Part shown: positions 19,869-27,480 of the stretch, piece by piece
Layout: each line of letters begins with the position of its first letter
How positions within the stretch are numbered: position 1 is the first letter of the stretch
Origin: Chthonomonas calidirosea
GTDB lineage: Bacteria > Armatimonadota > Chthonomonadetes > Chthonomonadales > Chthonomonadaceae
Direction: 5' to 3'
Assembly (NCBI GenBank): GCA_945878775.1
Contig: CAMCUQ010000001.1
Span: 1-57,823 of the forward strand
Length of the DNA stretch: 57,823 nucleotides
The notes under the pieces: model-generated
The model's database searches: none
What the model was told of the DNA's origin: nothing
The model's input: the letters and a program-made list of their open reading frames with translations, nothing else
Program-made: the position numbers and the translations under genes

Positions 19869-20042
19869 ACTCTCTGAATGTGCCAAATCTTATGAAGACG
19901 GCTCTGCCGAGATTAAGATCGTATTGATATTGCAGTCCCTTTTGAAACCCTTGATCGCATTCACCGTCTATTTTGTGGTAGGATTACTACCATCAAGAGA
20001 TGTAACCAGCGTTCCGTTAGGATGATCTAGGAGAAAAGCAAT

Positions 20043-20408
20043 ATGTCGGCAATACGAAACTGGGCAGCCCAGTGGGTTGCAAGCGTTCTCGCCCTGTTTA
20101 TTATCACAAAAGTAGTTCCGGGCATCACCACCACAAGTGTTGTTTCACTGATTTCTGTAGTTGTCGCCATGGGTTTCGCAAACAGTTTCATTCGTCCCAT
20201 TATCATGTTTTTTGCGTGGCCCATCAACTGCCTCACCTTTGGGCTTTTTGGCTTTGCCCTCAACATCATCTTCTTTGGTGTTCTAGGTAAAGTGATTCCC
20301 GGATTTCAGGTCTCCTCTTCCTTTTCTGCTATCATAGGGGCGGTTCTCATGGGCGCACTTTCGGGTCTCTTCTCCTTCATTCTCAAAGAGACCGTTAAGA
20401 AGCGTTAG
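20043..20408 (+). CDS. Phage_holin_4_2 / DUF360 family membrane protein
   Basis: Small protein with 3-4 TM helices carrying ...FANSFIRPIIMFFAWPINCLTFGLFGFALNIIFF..., the conserved N-x-x-I-x-P-I...P...T-x-G-L-F pattern of this family. Confidence 0.7.
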   Translation: MSAIRNWAAQWVASVLALFIITKVVPGITTTSVVSLISVVVAMGFANSFIRPIIMFFAWPINCLTFGLFGFALNIIFFGVLGKVIPGFQVSSSFSAIIGAVLMGALSGLFSFILKETVKKR

Positions 20409-21966
20409 TTTTTCGCCGTTGAAGGCGCAATGCTATGCCCCATAGCACTCCATAGTAGAGCCCGATTAGAAGTGCCGGCGGGGTGGAGATCGAGAAGACT
20501 CCCCCTGCCCCTCCACCCCACCAATCCACCTGCTGAAGCACAAAATTGAGAAGTACCCCTGAAAGCCTATCAAAAGGAATCGCCAACGTGGGATTCACAA
20601 GACTGACGAGAGCTGATAGGAATCCAAGCCCCATGATCGGTGCGATACAAGGAACCACAATAGTATTCGCTGGCACGCTAGAAAACGAAAAAGTATGAAA
20701 GTAGAGTGCAATGAGAGGGAGAACCCCTAATTGTGCCACCGTTGCCACAGAAACAAACTCTCCCACAAAGATGCCCAAGCGTTTTAAGATTCGCTTTGAA
20801 ACCCCCTCCTCATTCTCCGGGTCTTGCTTGAAGAATCTAGCAAGAAGCCTTTGAAAGAGTGGCATCCAAAGCACAAGGGTAATAACAGTTGCAAAGGAGA
20901 GTTGAAAACCCGCCTCAAATACCTCCAATGGGCGCATCATCACCAAAACCAGCCCCGCTAATGCCAAAGCGTTCCACCAATCTGGCTCCCGCTCCACGAC
21001 TCGTGCAAAAAGATAGGCACTGGCGATAACAACTGCCCGAATAACGGCAGGGCGTCCCTCTGCCATGATAGCATACGCAACCAAAACCCCTATAGAAAGA
21101 ATCGCTCCAGAACGCCTAGAGAATCTGAAGGCTCGAAATAGAGTCACCAAGAACAACGCAACGATGCCCACATGAAGCCCCGCCGTCGCCAATATATGTA
21201 CCGTTCCTGTGTTTTCAAAGGCGGAGAGCCTCTCTCCTGAAAAAGCGTTTCTCTCTCCAAACAAAATCCCTGTCATCAACGCATTCTGATCGGGAGTCAA
21301 GGCGTTTGCAAAATGGGCTAGAACACGCGCCCTAAGCCCGATAATTGCACCTATGAAGGGGTTGCCTTGCCCTCCAGACTGCGCTTCCAGTTCCCACTCT
21401 TTCACCCGTATTGTAGCAACAATCCCTTTGGTAGCAAGGGTACGTCGATAGTTAAAACCGCCCGGATTCCGCGCCTCTTCTGGCAGTTCAAGTACTCCAC
21501 TCAGTTTCAAACGTTGTCCATAAATAGGTCTCTTTTGCTTGTTATCCATTGTGAGAAAAATCTGAATATAACCCTCTTCTGCGTATGACTGGTGTAAAGC
21601 AAGCGCCTCTACACGCTCCACTTTTAGCACAAAACTCAGCAAAGACATCTGGTTACCATGGTGGCGAAGAGGCTTTACAGAAGGGTTGGAACAGGATACA
21701 CCTGTCACATGAATTCGAGTATCCAGATATTGCATAAGGTGGTGACTTATGGCATTTGTATTTAGGAGTAAACGGAGGCTACCGAGTGCCATAAATGCTA
21801 AACAGAGAGCGAATTTAGCGAAGAGAGGGCGACGGAAAACGGCATAGAGAGAGGTGAAAAGAAACAACAAGATGACGATAAGAAATGGGAGAATAGGAGA
21901 GAAGGAGGTAAAAACAACCCCAGAGAAAAGCGCAAGGCAAAGCAGAGCAAAAGGTCGCTGATGCAT
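20395..21966 (-). CDS. comEC: ComEC/Rec2 family competence channel protein (no C-terminal beta-lactamase domain)
   Basis: DUF4131-like N-terminal OB region followed by a polytopic competence domain (GTVHILATAGLHVGIV..., GFQLSFATV). Confidence 0.8.
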   Translation of the reverse strand: MHQRPFALLCLALFSGVVFTSFSPILPFLIVILLFLFTSLYAVFRRPLFAKFALCLAFMALGSLRLLLNTNAISHHLMQYLDTRIHVTGVSCSNPSVKPLRHHGNQMSLLSFVLKVERVEALALHQSYAEEGYIQIFLTMDNKQKRPIYGQRLKLSGVLELPEEARNPGGFNYRRTLATKGIVATIRVKEWELEAQSGGQGNPFIGAIIGLRARVLAHFANALTPDQNALMTGILFGERNAFSGERLSAFENTGTVHILATAGLHVGIVALFLVTLFRAFRFSRRSGAILSIGVLVAYAIMAEGRPAVIRAVVIASAYLFARVVEREPDWWNALALAGLVLVMMRPLEVFEAGFQLSFATVITLVLWMPLFQRLLARFFKQDPENEEGVSKRILKRLGIFVGEFVSVATVAQLGVLPLIALYFHTFSFSSVPANTIVVPCIAPIMGLGFLSALVSLVNPTLAIPFDRLSGVLLNFVLQQVDWWGGGAGGVFSISTPPALLIGLYYGVLWGIALRLQRRKTNAS

Positions 21967-21982
21967 CGCACTCTCCTCTCAT

Positions 21983-22600
21983 CTAGCCACATATACGACA
22001 GATAGGGCAGAGTCTATCTTCCGTGTTATGTACACCAGAGCAACGAATACAGACCTTCCAACCATGGGCTATACGCCAATGACGAAGACGCGCATCAGCG
22101 ACGAGTCGCTGGGCGATCTTTTCTCGAATACTATCATCCGGTATCTCTATCAACGATTCGAGCCGCGCCCGAAGCTCAGAGCGTTCTGCCGGTTCCAATG
22201 CCACACACTTCAAATCTTCTGGGGTAGGATTCTCAGACTCTAATACAGGTGTCTCCTTTTTCAGATTCCGAACTCGGAACCGAATATCCCTGATTTTATC
22301 GTCTTTTAAGAGATGATTCAAGTCGTCTAGTATCCGGTGTTTGAACAGCGTCAGTTCATGTGACCATACCGAATTACGCGTATTTACAAAGAGAATTCCG
22401 TCTCGCACGGTATCTGCCTCCGTCGCGGTTGCAGCCTGACCACCCACCACTCGCTCCCAATAGAGCACTGCCAAATTCTGCTTCAGTTTGCCTTTGTTCT
22501 CTTGGCTTTGCATCGCCTTTTCCACTTGTTGCATGGCTTGGCGTAAGGCTCCCGAAAGGGGTCCCTGTCTTCCTCGGAGATGAGGCTCTACTCCCTCCAT
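21983..22600 (-). CDS. DUF721 (DciA-like) protein with C-terminal Cys4+ zinc ribbon
   Basis: VVGGQAATATEADTVRDGILFVNTRNSVWSHELTLFKHRILDDLN matches the DUF721 core. C-terminus is CIRCSGVHNTEDRLCPICRICG. I prefer the start at Met 22600, just after the recF stop. The ORF is open to 22702. Confidence 0.7.
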   Translation of the reverse strand: MEGVEPHLRGRQGPLSGALRQAMQQVEKAMQSQENKGKLKQNLAVLYWERVVGGQAATATEADTVRDGILFVNTRNSVWSHELTLFKHRILDDLNHLLKDDKIRDIRFRVRNLKKETPVLESENPTPEDLKCVALEPAERSELRARLESLIEIPDDSIREKIAQRLVADARLRHWRIAHGWKVCIRCSGVHNTEDRLCPICRICG

Positions 22601-22616
22601 CACGAGGCTAGGATTA

Positions 22617-23963
22617 TTAGGCGTTGGGTTGGGGTTCTGAGCCTGATTCTGTGGCTTCGCCCTCACTACGCTTTGGGGTATTTCGGGGCTTTTTTCGGAC
22701 ATCTGGGGTAATTACTCCTGAAACAACATGAAAAGTACTAGCCTCTGCAAGAATCTCTTTTGGAAAAGAGCGCAGACTAGTGCAGGTAATGAAAGTTTGA
22801 CAGCGTCGGCGTATCCATGAGAGAAGATGTGCTCTACGACTATCGTCCAAATCGCTCATCACATCATCCAGTAGCATCACAGGAGACTCTCCCACATAGT
22901 CTTCAATGAGCTGAAATTCTGCCAATTTGAGGGCAAGAGTCGCGGTACGTTGCTGTCCTTGAGAGCCATAAAGACGTGCCTCCACACCATTTATGAAGAA
23001 TCCAATATCGTCCCGTTGTGGACCCAAGAGCGTCGTGCCTCTACGTGCCTCCTCTAGCTCTAGTGCCGTCAGTTGTTGCCTAAACGCGCTAGACAGCGAG
23101 TCTGTGGCTTCTAGGGGCGAGTCTGGGGGAGTCTGAGGCATAGCAGACTCTCCAAGACTCTCTGGAATCGTCTCCAACTCCGAAACATAGCGGGATTCTC
23201 TCGATTCCTCACGAATTCTTGTGCCAGCAGAGGCAGAAGTGATAGTTTTGGGAGGTTCTGGCAGGCGGAGACTCGGTAGATAGCGAATTTCAAGGGTCTC
23301 ACGCCCCTCCGTCAACTCCCTGTGCACTTTTTCGGCGAGGGGTGCTAGCCTCGAAAGATAGAACAGCCTCTTTTCGACAATGGGCGCACCATAAGTTATT
23401 AATTGCTCGTTCCATATATCGAGTCCCAATTCCTGCGGAGGACGGGGACGATCTCTCAACTCTTTCAACAACCTATTGCGATGCGCCAAAACGCGCTTGT
23501 AGTGTCCCAAATCGTAGACATAGCGGGGACTGATCTGCGAAATCTCCACATTGAGATAGTGCCGCCTGTCCGCTGGCTCTCCAGTAACGATGGAGAGGTC
23601 TATCGAGCCAAAGAAAACGGCATTAAACTGTCCCAAAATATCAATTACTCGCGGTCGTTTACTCCCATTGATATGTACTGCTTTCTTATCGGTTTGAAAG
23701 ACAGAGACTTCCAGTTCAGCCTCGCCCATCTGCTCCCGCTCTACCTCGGCACTCACATGAGCAACCTCAGCTCCCTGTCGAATCAATTCTGACTCACGAC
23801 TGGCACGCAGAGAGCGCGTTGTGGCAAGGAGTGAAAGAGCCTCTAAGACGTTGGTTTTACCCTGAGCATTCTCACCATAGAGGATATTGATTCCTGCTCC
23901 GGGAGTGAGTTCTAGCTCTGTATAGTTCCGAAAAGAGTTTAGTTTCAAGTGGCGAACGTGCAT
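22617..23963 (-). CDS. recF: DNA replication and repair protein RecF (with internal low-complexity insertion and C-terminal tail)
   Basis: MHVRHLKLNSFRNYTELELTPGAGINILYGENAQGKTNVLEAL (Walker A), GPQRDD signature, and Walker B VMLLDDVMSDLD. ATG at 23963; the ORF is open from TTG 23981. Confidence 0.9.
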   Translation of the reverse strand: MHVRHLKLNSFRNYTELELTPGAGINILYGENAQGKTNVLEALSLLATTRSLRASRESELIRQGAEVAHVSAEVEREQMGEAELEVSVFQTDKKAVHINGSKRPRVIDILGQFNAVFFGSIDLSIVTGEPADRRHYLNVEISQISPRYVYDLGHYKRVLAHRNRLLKELRDRPRPPQELGLDIWNEQLITYGAPIVEKRLFYLSRLAPLAEKVHRELTEGRETLEIRYLPSLRLPEPPKTITSASAGTRIREESRESRYVSELETIPESLGESAMPQTPPDSPLEATDSLSSAFRQQLTALELEEARRGTTLLGPQRDDIGFFINGVEARLYGSQGQQRTATLALKLAEFQLIEDYVGESPVMLLDDVMSDLDDSRRAHLLSWIRRRCQTFITCTSLRSFPKEILAEASTFHVVSGVITPDVRKKPRNTPKRSEGEATESGSEPQPNA

Positions 23964-24122
23964 TACGTCGTAGGACTCCAAAATTGAGTTGAAAGTGTTG
24001 AAAACTAGGTTGAAAAGTGCAGAGGAAAGGACTCAATTCGTCCCTCTTCCTACGCGCAGAGAATTCAGAATCAGACTCTTATTATTATTTATATAGATTC
24101 TTGACTCTTATGCTTATTATCC

Positions 24123-24131
24123 TGTTGATAA
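24123..24131. promoter_or_regulatory. DnaA-box-like 9-mer TGTTGATAA
   Basis: Exact 9-mer immediately right of the AT-rich stretch. Confidence 0.55.
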
Positions 24132-24297
24132 GACTCAAAACTAGGGGCATAGTAGACATACGAATCTCTATTGACTCTGCTGTTGAATCGTGACTCTGAC
24201 TGATTCTGATAGACTCTGCTAGATTCACACAACGCAAAAGAGTCTACCTGTTTTCTGACTACTATGGGGATAGTTTTCAACAATGCCCCTCTTTTTC

Positions 24298-24335
24298 TGT
24301 TGATAACTCTGTTGATAACTGCCAAGTTATCAACA
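24298..24335. promoter_or_regulatory. DnaA-box triplet (two direct, one inverted)
   Basis: TGTTGATAA at 24298-24306 and 24310-24318, and TTATCAACA at 24327-24335. A variant TTTCAACA follows at 24338-24345. Confidence 0.6.
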
Positions 24336-24364
24336 GCTTTCAACAGAGATTTTCTAAGAATCAG

Positions 24365-24431
24365 AGTTATGAGTCCTAAGACTCAATACTATACCCATAG
24401 TTATGAGTCCTAGACTCAATACTATACCCAT
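24365..24431. repeat. Tandem direct repeat, 34 + 33 bp
   Basis: AGTTATGAGTCCTAAGACTCAATACTATACCCAT (24365-24398) is followed directly by AGTTATGAGTCCTAGACTCAATACTATACCCAT (24399-24431). The copies are identical except for a single A indel. Confidence 0.9.
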
Positions 24432-24510
24432 AGTAGCACACTAGGTATAAGTTTTTGTGCATAAAGTAGTGCCTATAGGGGTTCTGAATCGTTCGGACCC
24501 TTGTTAGTAT

Positions 24511-24531
24511 TGTTGATAACTCTGTTGATAA
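24511..24531. promoter_or_regulatory. DnaA-box doublet
   Basis: TGTTGATAA at 24511-24519 and 24523-24531. The 22-mer TGTTGATAACTCTGTTGATAAC is an exact copy of 24298-24319. Confidence 0.6.
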
Positions 24532-24607
24532 CTTGATCAAATGGCGATTCTGAAGGTGATTCAAAGTGTCGAAATAGGTGGGATTAGAGAGCCAAAAAAC
24601 GCGATTT

Positions 24608-26152
24608 TTAGCCCACAAATTCACGGTAGAGGCGGGTGATAAGAGCATCCAATTCGGGGTCTATGCTCCGCATTGCTTTCACTTTTTGGCAGGCATAGAC
24701 CACCGTTGCATGATCTCTTCCACCAAAGGCAACCCCTGTTGAAGTGGTGTTCAGTTCGGGGAGGATTTCGCGACAAAGGTAGATGGCGATCTGTCTTGCT
24801 TGAGACACATCTTTATTTCTGCCAGGTCCCAAAATAGCCTCTCGTGTGATTCCAAAGAGTTCACTCACCCGATTGACTATCTCACCGATGGTGACCCTAC
24901 GACTAGGGACAGGCTTCTCGATAAAGTACTCACTCAAGACCTCTTGTGCTAGCTCGGCATGCACAGGTGTATTCATGATAGAGGAGTAGGCAAGGAGTTT
25001 TGTGAGCGCACCTTCGAGGGCACGAATGTTGGACTGAATGGCACTGGCGATATATGTCAGTACCTCATCGGGAATATTTGCGTTTTCACGTTGACGGCAC
25101 TTTTGGAGGATGGCGATGCGAGTCTCAAGGTCTGGCGCACCGATGTCTGCTATCAAGCCGCTCTGGAATCGGGAGCGCAGGCGCTCATCCATCGTGTTTA
25201 ATTCTCGGGGACTGCGGTCACTGGCAAATATAATTTGTTTTCCACTCTGGTAGAGGGCATTGAAGGTGTGAAAGAACTCCTCTTTGGTGTGTTCTTTGCC
25301 TGCGATAAACTGAATATCGTCCACCACCCAAACATCGACCATGCGATATTGCTTTCGGAAAGTCTCGGTGTCATGCTCCCGCAGGGCAGAGATATAGTGC
25401 TGTGCAAAATACTCTCCTGAGACGTAGGCAATACGCGCCTCGGGGCGGTTCTTCCGAATAGTGTGGGCAACAGCCTGTAGCAGGTGTGTTTTGCCCAGCC
25501 CAGGACCTCCATACAAAAACAAGGGATTGTATATCTCTCCAGGGTTTGCGGCAACCTGCATCGATCCCGCATGTGCCAAGCGATTAGAGCGTCCTACAAG
25601 AAAAGTCTCAAAATGGTACTTGTCATTTAAGGGGAGGCTTGGAATGGGTAACCCTTCAAGCTGAGCGGAGCGCGAATCGGTCTTGCGTCCCGTGCGCCCT
25701 GTCGCCGTAGACTTATTGGGCTTGGGAGCAAGGGTTGGAACAGGAGAGACAATCAACTTTGTGGGTGGCAGAATGTCTTCTTCAGGAAAGACCTCATCAT
25801 CAAGAGGGAGTTCGTGTTGGGTAGGGCGCGGCGGACGGTTTGGATCGGAAGCACGTTGGGCATCTCGTGCCGTCACAATAAAGACAACTTGTAACCCTAC
25901 AGTATCTAGGTGAAACTCGAGCGCACTGCGAATAGCATTGGTGGCATTTCTTTGGAGCCAGTCACGTGCATAGGCACTCGCCACGCCAAGCGTGATGTTG
26001 TCCTGTTCATACTGGAGGGGCTGAATGGGGCGAATGAACGATTGGAAGGTGACAACAGGGACTTTGGTCTCCAGCAGAGTCAGACAAAGATTCCAGACAC
26101 GCCGAAGCGCGTCCTTCTTATCCTCCTCTCCAAACTCAAGCTGACCAATCAC
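24608..26152 (-). CDS. dnaA: Chromosomal replication initiator protein DnaA
   Basis: AAA+ core NPLFLYGGPGLGKTHLLQAV, VDDIQFIAGKEHTKEEFFHTFN, and C-terminal DNA-binding domain RNKDVSQARQIAIYLCRE...GGRDHATVVYA. GTG start. Confidence 0.95.
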   Translation of the reverse strand: MIGQLEFGEEDKKDALRRVWNLCLTLLETKVPVVTFQSFIRPIQPLQYEQDNITLGVASAYARDWLQRNATNAIRSALEFHLDTVGLQVVFIVTARDAQRASDPNRPPRPTQHELPLDDEVFPEEDILPPTKLIVSPVPTLAPKPNKSTATGRTGRKTDSRSAQLEGLPIPSLPLNDKYHFETFLVGRSNRLAHAGSMQVAANPGEIYNPLFLYGGPGLGKTHLLQAVAHTIRKNRPEARIAYVSGEYFAQHYISALREHDTETFRKQYRMVDVWVVDDIQFIAGKEHTKEEFFHTFNALYQSGKQIIFASDRSPRELNTMDERLRSRFQSGLIADIGAPDLETRIAILQKCRQRENANIPDEVLTYIASAIQSNIRALEGALTKLLAYSSIMNTPVHAELAQEVLSEYFIEKPVPSRRVTIGEIVNRVSELFGITREAILGPGRNKDVSQARQIAIYLCREILPELNTTSTGVAFGGRDHATVVYACQKVKAMRSIDPELDALITRLYREFVG

Positions 26153-26482
26153 CGTTCTCTCCCGTTCCTTCTTGCGCCCACAAACGCCCTGAAAAGTGGG
26201 CAGGCGGTTCTGTACGGTGGTCCTCTACTCAACTACATTGGTAGGAACGCGGTCTATCGCGAACTATATGTATGGTGGGAATCGTCAGAACCCGCTAATT
26301 ATAGCAAAGTAAATTTCGATTCCGCAAGCCAGTTTTCAGGATTCTTTTGAAGGTTTTTGCTACCCCCCTATATGTCTACTCAGAGTCGTCTTTTAACCAT
26401 CTGTCTACCAAAACAGGACTCAAAATAGCAGACAAGTATCGAGAGGTGTGAATAGGGAGGAATTAGAGCGAAAAGGGGTGTT

Positions 26483-27295
26483 TCAGGGAGTGTTCTTGGA
26501 CTTGCGTTCGACAACCCGACTCTCTTTTTTTATTTCAAGATGAATCGTATCTTCTGATTTAAGCACATCGCCATCTGAGTTTCTGATCTCGGCATAGACG
26601 GTTTTTTCGCCCTCTTGGGGTTCAAGTATCCACTCTTTTTCGGCGTGATAGGATTCCCATGCCGTCCAGTTTGTCCCATCGTTGCTAAATCGCATCTCGG
26701 AGGCTCCCCACTGTGAGCCATGTACATAGAGTTGGACTTTGGAGTTTTCGGTTGTCATTGCCTCAAGGTTAATGATAAGAGGGCAAATTTCTCGGCGCAC
26801 TCCGAAGTCTTGTGCCCAGTAGGTTTCGTAGGTGCTTCCCGATGCAGAGGCATACCCCACACCTACCTCACGGAAGTAGGGGGAGAGAAGGTTTGCTTTA
26901 TGTCCGGGGCTTTGAAGCCATGCCTTAACGACCTCTTTGGGAGAAAACTGCCCTGCTGCCAAGTTTTCTCCGACACCTCGATAGCGTTCATACCCATTTG
27001 CAGTGGCTCGTTGCCCGGCAAGGCGTCCTAGAGTGTCTTTGTGATCGAAATAGTTATTCTTTGCCATATCGTGTACCATCCAAGTGGCACTCGCAATCAG
27101 ATTTTCTTGTAGTTTAAGCGGGGCAACTCCCTCTTTCATTCTCTCAATGTTGGTGAGTTCCACAAGTCGATGTATCCGCTTGAGAGCCGAAACAGGAATC
27201 TTTGGCTCCTTCGCTTGTGCCAAAAGTGACAGTGGAAGGCAAATGAGCAGAGTTCCTAGAGAAACGAATGATTTTATGCTGATAAGAGCGTTCAT
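26483..27295 (-). CDS. CAP/SCP (PR-1-like) domain protein, secreted, with extra C-terminal beta-rich domain
   Basis: Signal peptide plus GENLAAGQFSPKEVVKAWLQSPGHKANLLSPYFREVGVGYA, the CAP-domain signature. Confidence 0.8.
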   Translation of the reverse strand: MNALISIKSFVSLGTLLICLPLSLLAQAKEPKIPVSALKRIHRLVELTNIERMKEGVAPLKLQENLIASATWMVHDMAKNNYFDHKDTLGRLAGQRATANGYERYRGVGENLAAGQFSPKEVVKAWLQSPGHKANLLSPYFREVGVGYASASGSTYETYWAQDFGVRREICPLIINLEAMTTENSKVQLYVHGSQWGASEMRFSNDGTNWTAWESYHAEKEWILEPQEGEKTVYAEIRNSDGDVLKSEDTIHLEIKKESRVVERKSKNTP

Positions 27296-27480
27296 TGCAA
27301 CCTTCTGAGGGAAATTTATGTCTTCAAATGTACTTCTTAATTATAGCCAGATTTTGGCGGTTCTTTGCTGTGATTTGTATCATATCTAAAGTATGGTGTT
27401 TGTCGTTTTAACAGAACCAACAAAAACCACAGAGAGCACTTCTGTTCTCTGTGGTAGTATTGTCCTAATAGGCGTCTGTT

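Larger units (their letters stand above)
23982..24607. other. Chromosomal replication origin (oriC) candidate
   Basis: 626-bp non-coding gap between dnaA and recF. It holds six perfect TGTTGATAA/TTATCAACA boxes (one mismatch from E. coli TTATCCACA) and several one-off variants (TGTTGAAAA x2, TTTTCAACA, TGTTGAATC). There is an AT-rich stretch at 24075-24120 (ACTCTTATTATTATTTATATAGATTCTTGACTCTTATGCTTATTAT). The location is adjacent to dnaA. Confidence 0.7.

Noticed and set aside
17337-19900. AT-rich islet as a mobile element or prophage remnant
   Set aside because: There is no integrase, transposase, tRNA target, or flanking direct or terminal inverted repeats that I could see. It is reported only as a compositional islet.
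20043-20408. 'Phage holin' family gene as evidence of a prophage
   Set aside because: The Phage_holin_4_2/DUF360 family is widespread as a chromosomal housekeeping-type membrane protein, and no other phage genes are nearby.
24298-24532. Possible CRISPR-like repeat (22-bp TGTTGATAACTCTGTTGATAAC occurring twice)
   Set aside because: There are only two copies, 213 bp apart. Each is internally a doublet of DnaA-box 9-mers, and there are no cas genes. This is explained as origin architecture.
24089-24648. Track ORFs 24089-24343 (-) and 24376-24648 (-) between recF and dnaA
   Set aside because: They lie in the DnaA-box/AT-rich origin candidate. They have no RBS and a low-complexity composition. 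One simply translates the 34-bp tandem repeat, and the second overlaps the dnaA 3' end. I treat them as non-coding.
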